From positions 544,001-608,000 of the forward strand of contig CBDFJG010000003.1 of NCBI GenBank assembly GCA_965248445.1: 64,000 nucleotides of DNA, read 5' to 3'. The notes beneath the pieces were generated by a model. It worked only from the letters and a program-made list of their open reading frames with translations. It was not told where the DNA came from and searched no databases. The stretch is from Planctomycetota bacterium. Its GTDB lineage: Bacteria; Planctomycetota; JAJSAM01; JAJVHW01. Position numbers and translations under genes: made by a program. This document shows positions 27,473 through 37,031 of this stretch, piece after piece (positions within the stretch are counted from its first letter, which is position 1; the number at the start of each line of letters is the position of its first letter).

Positions 27473-27710
27473 GCTCCACCTCCCTGTGGATGGCACTGGT
27501 CCCGGATCGGGTTTCCGGACCGCCCCGGTGAAGCCCCACGGTGAGAAATGTGGACGGTCGAGCGCCCGGTCGGTGCGCGAACTCCCCAAGTCGCGTCCCG
27601 TGGACTCGTCCGTCGCGGCGGCCCGACAGGAGCCCAGAGAGAGAGCCCAGAGAGCGAGCCGCGGGGGCCAGGCTCGCGGCGGCCTTACTCGCAGGATCTA
27701 GCGCGGCGGT

Positions 27711-29168
27711 CTACTCGCCGACGTTGTCGCCGCGGTACGTGATCTGGTTGCGGCCCTGCGCCTTCGAGGCGTACAGCGCCTCGTCCGCGCGCTCGAAGAG
27801 GTCGGACGCCGTCTTGGCGTCGGCGGGGAAGCACGCGAGGCCGCCTGAGAGCGTCAGCCGCCCGCCAGGGAGCTTCTCCTCACCTTCGAACTCCTCGTCC
27901 TCGACTGACTTGCGCAGCCTCTCGAGGAACGGGAACGGAGTGAGCGCTCCGCCGGCCGCGGTCTCGGGGAGCAGCACGGCGAACTCCTCGCCGCCGTGGC
28001 GCGCCACGATGTCCACCTCGCGCAGCGACTCGCGCAGCAACCGGCCCACGGTGGCCAGCGCGCGGTCGCCGGCGGCGTGTCCGCAACGGTCGTTGTAGAG
28101 CTTGAAGTGATCGAGATCGAACAGCGCCAGCGTGAGCGGACGGTCGTAGCGGTGAGCGCGCTGCACCTCCCGCGTCAGCGCCCTCTGGAAGAACCGGCGG
28201 TTGTACAGTCCGGTCAGTTCGTCGATGACCGCGAGGTCGCGCATGGCGCGCAGCTCGATCGCGTTCTCGAGGGCCTGGCCGGTCTGGTCCGCGAGAACAC
28301 CGAGTGCTCGCAGATCGGCGGTATCGAATGCGCGACCGTCCGCGCGATCCGCGAGACACACCACTCCGGCCACGCCTGCAGATCCTGCCAGCGGCAGGAC
28401 CAGGAAGGAGTCCGTCCGGTAGCTCGACTGCCGAGCTGCGGCAGCGGCGCGTGCGAGTCCCAGCTCATGGGCGTTGCGGACGAGCATCGGCTGGCCGCTC
28501 GCCGCGACGCGTCCCGCGAAGCCCTCGCCGACCGGGATCGGTTCCCAGTCCTCGTGCGACGTGCGGTCCGCGGGGAGACCCGACGCACGGCGCATCACCA
28601 ACTGCGCGTTCCGGCGGTCCACGACGAGCAGCGACACGCGCGTGGCGCCGGCGCGGCGCTGGAAGAGGCCGTGGACGTGATCGAGCAGGCGCTCGAGATC
28701 GCCGACGGAGCGGTGCACGAGGGCGACATCGGAGAACAGCGACTCGAGGTGGGGCGTCGTGCCGGCGGCCCCATCAGATCTTGGCCGGGTGCTCGGACGT
28801 GGCGCGCTCACCGGGTCGGGACGCTGTAGCAGAGTCTTCACCAGTCCGGGCAGCTCGCCCGGGTGAGCCGGAAGCACGATCGCTGCATCGGCGCCGTGCG
28901 CGACCGCGGAACGGGCGCGGTGCGCTTGCGCCGGCCCGTACAGAGCGACGATGGCGCGCGCCCCCGCTTCGCGCAACGTGCGGATCGAAGTGTCCTCGCG
29001 TCCCGCGATCTCGGCGCCGTCCACGAGTACGACCTGCGGGTCCCCGTCGCGCAGTTGCGCGACGGCTGCGAGTACCGACGACGCCTGCTCGACCGGAACG
29101 CCGGAACGAATCACGTCGTCGAGTGCGTCCGGCCGCTCGCGGCCGGCGAAGAGCACGGAACGGCCCAT
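27711..29168 (-). CDS. Diguanylate cyclase (pseudo-REC, GAF, GGDEF)
   Basis: DELTGLYNRR, DLDHFKLYND and RHGGEEF with an RxxD I-site (REVD); TGATG-coupled to the upstream gene. Confidence 0.93.
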   Translation of the reverse strand: MGRSVLFAGRERPDALDDVIRSGVPVEQASSVLAAVAQLRDGDPQVVLVDGAEIAGREDTSIRTLREAGARAIVALYGPAQAHRARSAVAHGADAAIVLPAHPGELPGLVKTLLQRPDPVSAPRPSTRPRSDGAAGTTPHLESLFSDVALVHRSVGDLERLLDHVHGLFQRRAGATRVSLLVVDRRNAQLVMRRASGLPADRTSHEDWEPIPVGEGFAGRVAASGQPMLVRNAHELGLARAAAAARQSSYRTDSFLVLPLAGSAGVAGVVCLADRADGRAFDTADLRALGVLADQTGQALENAIELRAMRDLAVIDELTGLYNRRFFQRALTREVQRAHRYDRPLTLALFDLDHFKLYNDRCGHAAGDRALATVGRLLRESLREVDIVARHGGEEFAVLLPETAAGGALTPFPFLERLRKSVEDEEFEGEEKLPGGRLTLSGGLACFPADAKTASDLFERADEALYASKAQGRNQITYRGDNVGE

Positions 29169-30724
29169 CAGCTCTCCTCGACGCCCATTTCCACCATGTC
29201 GGCGAATGCCTCGGCGAGGTCCGGATGGAAGTGCTGCCCCGCGAGTTCGCGCACGCTGCCGATGGCCTCGTCCGGGGAGAGCGCCGCCCGCCACGCCCGC
29301 GGCGATGTCAGAGCGGCGAACGCGTCGGTCACGCGGACCAGTGCCGCGAGGTACGGGATCTCCTGGCCTTGCAGTCCGTCGGGATAGCCGCTGCCGTCCC
29401 AGTTCTCGTGGTGGTGGCGGATGACCGGCTTCATGTGCCGGAGGCGTCCGACCGGGCGGAGCAGAGTGTCGGCCACGGATACGTGCTGGCGTAGCACCTG
29501 CCACTCGTCGGGCGAGGGGGGCGCAGTCTTCGCCAGCAATTCGTCGGGGATCTGGATGCGACCCAGGTCGAGCAGGCGCGACGCGGAGTCGATCACCGTC
29601 ATGTCCTCGTCGGACAGCCCGACCCGGCGGCCGAGCTGGAGCGAGAGATCGCGGACCCGCTCGCTGTGACGCGCGAAGCAAGGCGTCCGGACCTCGGTTG
29701 CGGTGACGATCGCCGCGAGCGTGTCGACGTACGCGTCTTCGGCCCGCTCGGTGGCGCGCAGCGCGCCGATGACGTCGCCCGTCGCGATCGCGGCGACGGC
29801 AAGCCGGGAGAGATCTCGGCGATCGAACTCCTCGGCGCCGGCCGGCCGCGTCACGACCAGGAGACCCGTCGTGGCGCCTCGGCCGCGCCGCCGCAGAAGC
29901 GGAGCTGCCGCAGGGGGGCCGACGTCGAGCACCGCGTCGAGAGGTCCGAGTTCACGGCGCGTGACGGTCGTCTCCTCCTCGGACGCGCGCTTGACCCAGC
30001 CGGTGTCCCGCGGGACGCGCAACGCGCTGAGCGGGCGCCCGGCGGTGGTGGTGTGGAGCTCCAGCGCGGACTTGCCCGCGGCGGAACCGCGTGTCGAGGG
30101 CACCAGCAGCGCCGCATGCGAGACGTTCAGTGCATTGCGGAACAGGTCCGCGAGCCGGGGCAGGACATCCTGCGACGACGGCATGTCGCCGAGCAGCGCA
30201 TGCACGCGCTCGCGAAGCGACATCTCTGCGAGTCGGCGGGCGAGCGTGCCGGACGGGCCGCCGGGAACGCGGATTCCGGATGCGGGGGACGACGTCGCCG
30301 GCGCCGCCAACGCTGTCGTGCGCGGGGGCCTCTCCTCGAGCAGCCGCGCGGTGACGCTGCGGATCTCCGCGACGCTGAACGGCTTGGTGACGAAATCGTC
30401 GACGCCGCGGCGCAGCGCGTCGACGACCGTATCGATCGAAGCGTAGCCCGTGATGACCACGACACCGATCTCGGGCAGCTTCTCGCGGACGCGTTCGATC
30501 AGCTCGAGACCCGACATGCCCGGCATCATCATGTCGGTGACCAGGAGATCCGGCCGCTCGCGGTCCACGGCGGCGAGCGCGTCCTCGGGCTTGTCGAACG
30601 CGGTGACCTGGTGTCCCTCTCTCGACAAGAGCCGCTCCAGCAGGGCGCAGATCTGCTGCTCGTCGTCCACCACGAAGATGCGCGCGGTAGGTCGGTCGTC
30701 GCCGGTCGTTCGCGGTTCCTTCAT
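29168..30724 (-). CDS. REC-GAF-HD-GYP protein with degenerate HD dyad
   Basis: Canonical receiver (VVDDE, TDMMMP, KPF); HSERV and HHHENWDGSGYPDGL are present, but RLLDLGRI replaces LHDIGK. Confidence 0.88.
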   Translation of the reverse strand: MKEPRTTGDDRPTARIFVVDDEQQICALLERLLSREGHQVTAFDKPEDALAAVDRERPDLLVTDMMMPGMSGLELIERVREKLPEIGVVVITGYASIDTVVDALRRGVDDFVTKPFSVAEIRSVTARLLEERPPRTTALAAPATSSPASGIRVPGGPSGTLARRLAEMSLRERVHALLGDMPSSQDVLPRLADLFRNALNVSHAALLVPSTRGSAAGKSALELHTTTAGRPLSALRVPRDTGWVKRASEEETTVTRRELGPLDAVLDVGPPAAAPLLRRRGRGATTGLLVVTRPAGAEEFDRRDLSRLAVAAIATGDVIGALRATERAEDAYVDTLAAIVTATEVRTPCFARHSERVRDLSLQLGRRVGLSDEDMTVIDSASRLLDLGRIQIPDELLAKTAPPSPDEWQVLRQHVSVADTLLRPVGRLRHMKPVIRHHHENWDGSGYPDGLQGQEIPYLAALVRVTDAFAALTSPRAWRAALSPDEAIGSVRELAGQHFHPDLAEAFADMVEMGVEES

Positions 30725-30734
30725 GGTCACTCTC

Positions 30735-31769
30735 CTATCCGGTCGGCAGCCGTACCGCCATAGTCACCCCATTCTCGTCCGGTGCGGCGACAGAGCACGT
30801 TCCGCCGTGGTTGCGGATGATGCCGGCCAGCGCCGCCGTCTCGAGCCAGGTCCCGTTCTGCACCGCGTCGGGATCCGGGTCCGGCTCGAAGAAGTGGGGC
30901 AGGAGATCCGCCTCCGGGGCCGGCCCATTGTCGCTCACCCGTAGCTCGAGCGCATCCACCCAGGACGAAGTCACCACACTCACGGTGCCTCCGGCCGGAC
31001 TCATCCGCGCCGCGCGGTCCCGCAGGAGTCCGAGCGCCGTCAGCAACTGCTCGCGCTCTCCGCGGACGGTCGACGGCTCGGCAGCCAGATCCAGCTCGAA
31101 GCGCGTCGCCCCCGGGCCGTTGTCGCTGCGGAACACGGCGCGGACGAGTTCGTGCAGGTCCACGGGACCCGATGCCATGCGCTGTGTCGTGCCGAATCGG
31201 GTCAGGTCCTTGGCGACCCGCGCCATGCGGACGGTCATCTCGCGGAGCATGTCCACGTCGATGTCGTCCCCCGACTCGGCGCTCCCGAGCATCAGCTCCA
31301 TGATCTGGAGCGGATTGCGGATGGTGTGCGCGACGCCTGCGGCGAGCTGCTCGACGGGGGTCGGACCCCGCCGGTCGCCTTCGGTCTCGGCGGCCACGGC
31401 TCGTCCGCTCCGCTCTCGGACTCGGCGCGCGATGGCCGTGAGCTCCGACGCGTAGAACGGCTCGGGCAGGAGGCCGTCGCCGCCCTGGGCGAGAGCGGCC
31501 GCGGCCCGATCCCGGAGGGACGGGGGGTAGGCAACGATGAGCACGCACTCCGGCCAGCGGGCGCGCAGTTGCGCGACGGTCTCGCCCGGGCGGGCGCCGA
31601 GAGCCGTGACGGCGGCGATGACGAGCGCGGGGTCCTCAGCGGCGCCGCGCAGCGCCTCGCGCGGGGCGGTGGCCGTGGTCGCCGCGTACCCGGCGTCCGC
31701 CAGCAGCCGGCCGGCGAGCGCCCGGGTGTCGCGGTCGTCGTGCAGGACCAGGGCGCGCGCCCTCTCCAT
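30735..31769 (-). CDS. Degenerate receiver plus HisKA/HATPase-like protein (probable pseudokinase)
   Basis: AAGVAHTIRNPL H-box and VSDNGP are present; the N-box Asn and G2 box are lost. Confidence 0.75.
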   Translation of the reverse strand: MERARALVLHDDRDTRALAGRLLADAGYAATTATAPREALRGAAEDPALVIAAVTALGARPGETVAQLRARWPECVLIVAYPPSLRDRAAAALAQGGDGLLPEPFYASELTAIARRVRERSGRAVAAETEGDRRGPTPVEQLAAGVAHTIRNPLQIMELMLGSAESGDDIDVDMLREMTVRMARVAKDLTRFGTTQRMASGPVDLHELVRAVFRSDNGPGATRFELDLAAEPSTVRGEREQLLTALGLLRDRAARMSPAGGTVSVVTSSWVDALELRVSDNGPAPEADLLPHFFEPDPDPDAVQNGTWLETAALAGIIRNHGGTCSVAAPDENGVTMAVRLPTG

Positions 31770-31841
31770 CGCTTCTCCCTCGGTCGAGCTGCAGCCTCAC
31801 GGACGCCCCGAGCTCACGTACGGGCGCCCACGCGCAGGCGC

Positions 31842-31856
31842 GCAATGGACGTGCCT
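31842..31856 (-). promoter_or_regulatory. Candidate sigma-54 promoter for the signalling cluster
   Basis: Minus-strand AGGCACGTCCATTGC, near-consensus GG-N10-GC, about 70 bp upstream of ATG 31769. Confidence 0.65.
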
Positions 31857-31941
31857 GCACCGTTGAGCCTGGACCCTGGGTCCGACGTCGCCCAGCGCGT
31901 CGAGATGGATGGACACGGGTCCTCATTGCCGGACCTCGCTT

Positions 31942-33318
31942 ATGCTCCCGCCCGTGACCGATCTTCGGAGCTTGCTCGACGGCGTCCTGCCCGTGACCGA
32001 TGCGGCCGCGGACCTGGCGGCTGCGGCGACCGACAAGAGCGGCTTGGTGGGTCGGCCCGAACTGGTGGCGCGTCCGGAGAGTGCGATGCAGGTCGCGGCC
32101 CTCCTCCGGCTCGCCAACGAGCATCGCTTCGTGGTTGTGCCCCGCGCCGCGGGGACGGGACGCTGCGGCGGCGCGGTTCCGGAGCGCGGCGGCGTCGTGC
32201 TCGACGTGTCCGGAATGGCCAGCATCCTCGAGATCGACGCGAGGGAGCGCGTAGCCCGCGTCGAACCCGGCGTGGTGCTCGGGCATCTGCAGGCCGTGGT
32301 GCTGGCGGAGGGGCTCTACTTCCCTCCGGATCCGGCGAGTGCGGCCGACTGCATGATCGGCGGTGCGATCGCGACGTCGGCGGGCGGATTGCGCGGCGCC
32401 AAGTACGGGACCATGAAGCACTACGTCCTGGGTCTCGAGGTGGTGCTGCCGACGGGCGAGATCGTGCGGACAGGGGCGCGCACGCGGAAGTCCGTCGTCG
32501 GCTACGACCTGACCTCGTTGATGGTGGGCAGCGAGGGCACGCTGGGCGTCGTGACCGAGGCGACGCTGAAGCTCGTTCCCCGTCCCGAGTCGGCCGAGAC
32601 GCTGGCCGCGTGGTTCGACACGGACGACGCAGCGCGGACGGGTGTGGCGGTCGCGCTCGACGTCGCCGCGGTGCCGGCGGCGCTCGAGTTCGTTGACGCG
32701 CGTGCGCTCTCCGCGGTCTCGGCGCATCGCACGGACTTTGATGCGAACGGCGCCAGGGGTCTCGTGCTGGTCGAGTGCGACGGCGATCCGGCCGCGGTCG
32801 CGCGGGACATCACGCGCTATGAAGAGGCTCTGAAGGACAGCGCAACGCGCGTCGAACGGGCGCGGGACTCCGGCGAACGCGACCGGCTGTGGGCCGCGCG
32901 TCGCGGCATCAGTCCAGCGGTCACGGCACGCTGGCCGCATCGGATGGCCGAGGACATCTGTGTGCCGCGAGTGCGCTTCGTCGAGATGATCCAAGCGCTG
33001 CACAGGATTGCAGCGGAGCACGGCCTCTCGGCGCTGGGGTTCGGGCACGCCGGCGACGGGAACGTGCACGCGTCGATCCTGATGGACCGCGGAGACGACG
33101 AGGAGCGGTCGCGCGCCCGCGAGGCCGTGGCGGACGTGTTCCGGCACGCCATCTCGCTCGGGGGGACGCTCTCGGCGGAACACGGGATTGCCATGACGAA
33201 GCGGGAGTACCTGCCCCTCGAGCTCTCCGGCCCCGCGATCGAGGCTCAGAGGGCGATCAAGCGGGCGCTCGACCCGAACGACGTGCTCAATCCGGGCAAG
33301 ATCTTCCCGGCAGTCTAG
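31942..33318 (+). CDS. glcD: FAD-linked oxidase, glycolate oxidase GlcD/D-lactate dehydrogenase family
   Basis: PRAAGTGRCGG, FPPDPAS, GAKYG, GYDLTSLMVGSEGTLG, GHAGDGNVH, SAEHGIA and DPNDVLNPGKIF. Confidence 0.85.
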   Translation: MLPPVTDLRSLLDGVLPVTDAAADLAAAATDKSGLVGRPELVARPESAMQVAALLRLANEHRFVVVPRAAGTGRCGGAVPERGGVVLDVSGMASILEIDARERVARVEPGVVLGHLQAVVLAEGLYFPPDPASAADCMIGGAIATSAGGLRGAKYGTMKHYVLGLEVVLPTGEIVRTGARTRKSVVGYDLTSLMVGSEGTLGVVTEATLKLVPRPESAETLAAWFDTDDAARTGVAVALDVAAVPAALEFVDARALSAVSAHRTDFDANGARGLVLVECDGDPAAVARDITRYEEALKDSATRVERARDSGERDRLWAARRGISPAVTARWPHRMAEDICVPRVRFVEMIQALHRIAAEHGLSALGFGHAGDGNVHASILMDRGDDEERSRAREAVADVFRHAISLGGTLSAEHGIAMTKREYLPLELSGPAIEAQRAIKRALDPNDVLNPGKIFPAV

Positions 33319-33375
33319 GCAGGCCGAGCAGGCTCCCCAGGCTCGACCGCTTCGGCGGGGCGGGCGCGGATTCCG

Positions 33376-34305
33376 ATGAGCGATGCGATGGCTCCTCGTG
33401 TGTCCGCGCTGATCCCCTGCTACGAGATGGCGCACTGCGTCGTACTCGCGGTGCAGAGTGCGATCTCTCAGGAGGGGGACCCCGTCGAGATTGTCGTCGT
33501 GGACGACGGCTCCCGAGCGGATCCCGGTCCTGTGCTCGCGCAGTTCGGGGACCGCGTTCGGTTGATCCGTCAGGCGAACGGCGGCGTGTCGGCAGCTCGG
33601 AACCGGGCGGCGGCCGAAGCGACGGGCGAGTGGCTGGCGTTCCTCGATGCAGATGACCGTTGGCTGCCGGAGAAGACGCGGCTGACACTCGCGGCGCTCG
33701 ACGCGCGGCCGGCGGCGCGATTCGCGTTCGGGCTGACCGAGGGACACGGTGACGACGGGGAGCGCAAGATCCTCGGCACCGCCCCGCCCCCGACCGGCCG
33801 TGGCCTGGTCCTGTCCCTGCTCGGCAACGGGAACTCCATCCCCAACCTGACCGGCGTGGTGCACCGCGATGCGTTCGCCGCAGTCGGCGGCTTCGACGAG
33901 TCGCTGCCGTGCGCCGAGGACTACCACCTGTGGCTACGTCTCGCGGAACGCTACGAGTTCGCATTCGTGGACCGTCCGGTCGCGACGTACACGATCCACT
34001 CCGGCGGCGAGACGATGGGGGACCGGGACCGCTGGGTGAGCTCGGTGGTGGCGGTGCACGCCGAGGTCCTCGCCCGGTACCCGGAGGACGACGAGGTGGC
34101 CCGCGCGATCGCCCGCGGCGACGCGGCCGTGCGTCTCAGCCGCGGACGCGACCGGTTGAGAGAGGGCAACCGCCAGGGCGCCCGGGAGGACTTCGAGGCG
34201 GCCATGACGTGTCCGTTCTCCGCTCCCGAAGCGCGCCGCCTGCTGCGCCATACCCATGTGCCGGCCCCGATCTACCGGGGGCTGCGCAGGCTCCTGGCCC
34301 GCTGA
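33376..34305 (+). CDS. Glycosyltransferase family 2
   Basis: VSALIPCY, VVDDGS, NGGVSAARN, FLDADD and GGFDESL..AEDY. Confidence 0.93.
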   Translation: MSDAMAPRVSALIPCYEMAHCVVLAVQSAISQEGDPVEIVVVDDGSRADPGPVLAQFGDRVRLIRQANGGVSAARNRAAAEATGEWLAFLDADDRWLPEKTRLTLAALDARPAARFAFGLTEGHGDDGERKILGTAPPPTGRGLVLSLLGNGNSIPNLTGVVHRDAFAAVGGFDESLPCAEDYHLWLRLAERYEFAFVDRPVATYTIHSGGETMGDRDRWVSSVVAVHAEVLARYPEDDEVARAIARGDAAVRLSRGRDRLREGNRQGAREDFEAAMTCPFSAPEARRLLRHTHVPAPIYRGLRRLLAR

Positions 34306-34316
34306 GCCCATCTCGA

Positions 34317-37031
34317 ATGCACCGCACCACGCGCACCGCTCCGTCCGCCCCGGCCGCCCAGCCCGCGAAACCGGTCCTCTTGGGCCTCGAGATTGTCGCC
34401 GGGGACGATGTGCTTCGCCTCCTCACGGACGCTGCGTTCGGGGAGGCGTGGGACGGCTTGCTCGCGTTCTGCCCGTGGAGCACCGCGTTTCAGCGGCGCG
34501 ACTTCACGTCACTCTGGTACCGCACGTACGCGGACCTCCACGTACCTCTACTCGTGGTCGGGTACGGCGATGACGGGAGCGTCGCGGGCGTGCTGGCGCT
34601 CGCACGTGAGCGGGGTACCGGACGGATCCTCTCCGCAGGCGCCCACCATGCCGAGTACCAGACATGGCTTGCGCACCCGCGACTCGGCGATGAGTTCGCG
34701 GCCCGCGCAATGACTGCGCTGCGCGGAAAGCACCCGGCCGCCCGGGTCGTGTTCCGTTACCTCGCGCCGGGTACGCCGACCGCTTGGACGCAAGGCGATG
34801 CGTGGCGCAGCCGGTGCGTGCACGAGCCTGAGTCGCGTGCACTCCTCGACACCGGTGATGAGAAACGCGGCGCTGCAGCGCTGCGCAAGAAGAGCAACCG
34901 CAGCCGTCTGAATCGCCTCAAGCGGCACGGAGACGTGACGTTCGAGCGGGTGACCACGGACGGAGGCTTCTCGGCGGTGCTCGACGAGATCATCCCGATG
35001 TACGACTTGCGCCAAGGCGCGGCACATCGGGTGCTTCCGTTCGCGAAGGACGCCTCCAAACGGCCGTTCCACGAGGCGCTGTTCGATCTGCCGGATTTCC
35101 TGCACGTCACGGTGACGCGTGCGGGGGGCCGGGTCGTCGCCGCGCACGTCGGCGTGCTGACGGGCGATTCCGTCAGCCTAGGTGTGTACACGCACGCTCC
35201 GGACCTCGCGCGGCACTCGCCGGGCAAGCTGCACCTCCTGATGCTCGCCGGGAAGCTGGCCGAGGAGGGCGTGGAGACGCTCGACCTCACGCCGGGGGGA
35301 GAGTGGAAGGAGCGCTTCGCGACGCGCACGGACACCGTGTCGACGCTGCGCGTGAACTTCGCGGTCCTGGATCGCGTGCGTCACGCAGCGCGGCTCGGTG
35401 TGGATCGCTTCGCCAAGTCCGTGGCTCTGGCTCTGGGCACGACGCCGGGCGCGCTGCGTTCGCGCGTGCAGCGTCCGCGTGCCGACGCTCTGCGCGCGCT
35501 GCTCCGCGGCCGCGACGTGACGGAGCTACTGTCGCTCCCGGCTGCGACGGGCCGCCGGATCGAGGGACGCGAGACGCACGCGCCGTGCACGCTCTCTCAG
35601 CTCGTCGCGGACCGGCCGCGACGGGCGGGCGAGACGTTCGTGGGGGCGCTGGCGGACGCCGAGGCGCGCCTGGCGGCCGGCTGGGTCCCGTACGGTCGCC
35701 GGGGAAGCGGTCCGGCGGCTCTGGCGTGGTCGCGCCATGCCGGGACCGGTGACGAGCCGTGCACCGAGGGGGACGCGGTGCTGAGCGTTTCGGTCGCGCC
35801 ACGGGAGCAAGTGGATGCACTGCTCCGCCGGCTCGTGCACGACGCGTCGCACGGTGAGGGCACACAGACGATCTGGTTGAACGTGCGCGGCGACCCGGCG
35901 GTCTTTGCGGCCGCACGCGCCCTCGGCTTCGAGCACCGGTACTCGCGCACTGCGTCGCGCCTCGAGCGGGTTCCGCGGCCCCGGCCGGGGCCGTCGTCCG
36001 GGCAGAAGATGCGCGAACTGGCCAAGCGCGCGGTCCTGCACACGGCGCGGGCGATCGGCCTGTTCCATCTGGCCCGCCGACTCACGCGCCGCGACCTGCG
36101 GATCCTCTGCTACCACGGGTTCTCGGTCGAGGACGAGGTCGGACTCGGGCCGCGTCTCTTCATGGAGCCCGCGACGTTCGGCCGGCACATGGACCTGCTG
36201 AAGCGGTGGGGCTTCCCAGTCCTGGTCTTGGGGGACGCGCTGGATGCGCTCGCGTCGGACTCGCACCCGGACAGCGGGACGGTCATCACGATCGACGACG
36301 GTCCTTGGTCGGTGCTGTCTCTCGGGCTGCCGCACCTTGAACGGAACGGCTTCCCCGCGACGCTCTACCAGACGACGTACTACACGGTGAAGCAGGCTCC
36401 GGTGTTCAACATGGCTCTGCGATACGTGCTCTGGCGCGCCCCGCGGCGTGTGTTGCGCCTCGACGGACTGATCCCCGATCTCGCGGGTGACCTGGACATC
36501 GACGACGCGACTGCCCGCGGACCCGCGCTCGCACAGATCAACGCATACGCCGCAGAGCACTTCGACGAACCCGCCCGCCAGGTGCTCGCCCGCGAGGTAG
36601 CAGTGCGTCTCGCAGTGGACTACGACCTGTTCGAGGAGAGCCGCGTCGTCGGCCTGCTCACCGTGGATGAGTTGAGGGAGCTGGGCGAGCGCGGCATCGA
36701 CGTGCAGCTGCACACGCACCGCCATCGGTTCCCGGCCGACTTCGACGTCGTGCGGCGCGAGATCGCCGACAACCGTGACGTTCTGGAGCCGGTGGCGACG
36801 CGGCCGCTCGAGCATCTCTGCTACCCCAGCAGCGAGCACTACTCCGAGCAGTTCGAGTGGATGCGCGACCTCGGTATCGTGAGCGGAACCACGTGCGACA
36901 CCGGGTTCGTCCGTCGGGGCGATGATCCCTACCGGCTGGGCCGGATACTCGACGGCGAGTGCGTGCCCGACATCGAACTGCAGGCGGAGATGTTCGGGTT
37001 CCTCGAACTCGTCCGCCGCGTCCGCGGCTAG
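34317..37031 (+). CDS. Fusion of a CelD/BcsL-type GNAT domain and a NodB polysaccharide deacetylase
   Basis: N-terminal KKSNRSRLNRLKR, RHSPGKLHL and LDLTPGGEWKERFA; C-terminal RILCYHG, ITIDDG, LHTHRH, CYP and RLGRI. Confidence 0.8.
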   Translation: MHRTTRTAPSAPAAQPAKPVLLGLEIVAGDDVLRLLTDAAFGEAWDGLLAFCPWSTAFQRRDFTSLWYRTYADLHVPLLVVGYGDDGSVAGVLALARERGTGRILSAGAHHAEYQTWLAHPRLGDEFAARAMTALRGKHPAARVVFRYLAPGTPTAWTQGDAWRSRCVHEPESRALLDTGDEKRGAAALRKKSNRSRLNRLKRHGDVTFERVTTDGGFSAVLDEIIPMYDLRQGAAHRVLPFAKDASKRPFHEALFDLPDFLHVTVTRAGGRVVAAHVGVLTGDSVSLGVYTHAPDLARHSPGKLHLLMLAGKLAEEGVETLDLTPGGEWKERFATRTDTVSTLRVNFAVLDRVRHAARLGVDRFAKSVALALGTTPGALRSRVQRPRADALRALLRGRDVTELLSLPAATGRRIEGRETHAPCTLSQLVADRPRRAGETFVGALADAEARLAAGWVPYGRRGSGPAALAWSRHAGTGDEPCTEGDAVLSVSVAPREQVDALLRRLVHDASHGEGTQTIWLNVRGDPAVFAAARALGFEHRYSRTASRLERVPRPRPGPSSGQKMRELAKRAVLHTARAIGLFHLARRLTRRDLRILCYHGFSVEDEVGLGPRLFMEPATFGRHMDLLKRWGFPVLVLGDALDALASDSHPDSGTVITIDDGPWSVLSLGLPHLERNGFPATLYQTTYYTVKQAPVFNMALRYVLWRAPRRVLRLDGLIPDLAGDLDIDDATARGPALAQINAYAAEHFDEPARQVLAREVAVRLAVDYDLFEESRVVGLLTVDELRELGERGIDVQLHTHRHRFPADFDVVRREIADNRDVLEPVATRPLEHLCYPSSEHYSEQFEWMRDLGIVSGTTCDTGFVRRGDDPYRLGRILDGECVPDIELQAEMFGFLELVRRVRG

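Noticed and set aside
27628..27662. GAGCCCAGAGA short tandem repeat
   Set aside because: Two to three short imperfect copies with no supportable function.
31636..33927. 763-aa minus-strand ORF
   Set aside because: Antisense to glcD and the GT2 gene; no recognisable domain.
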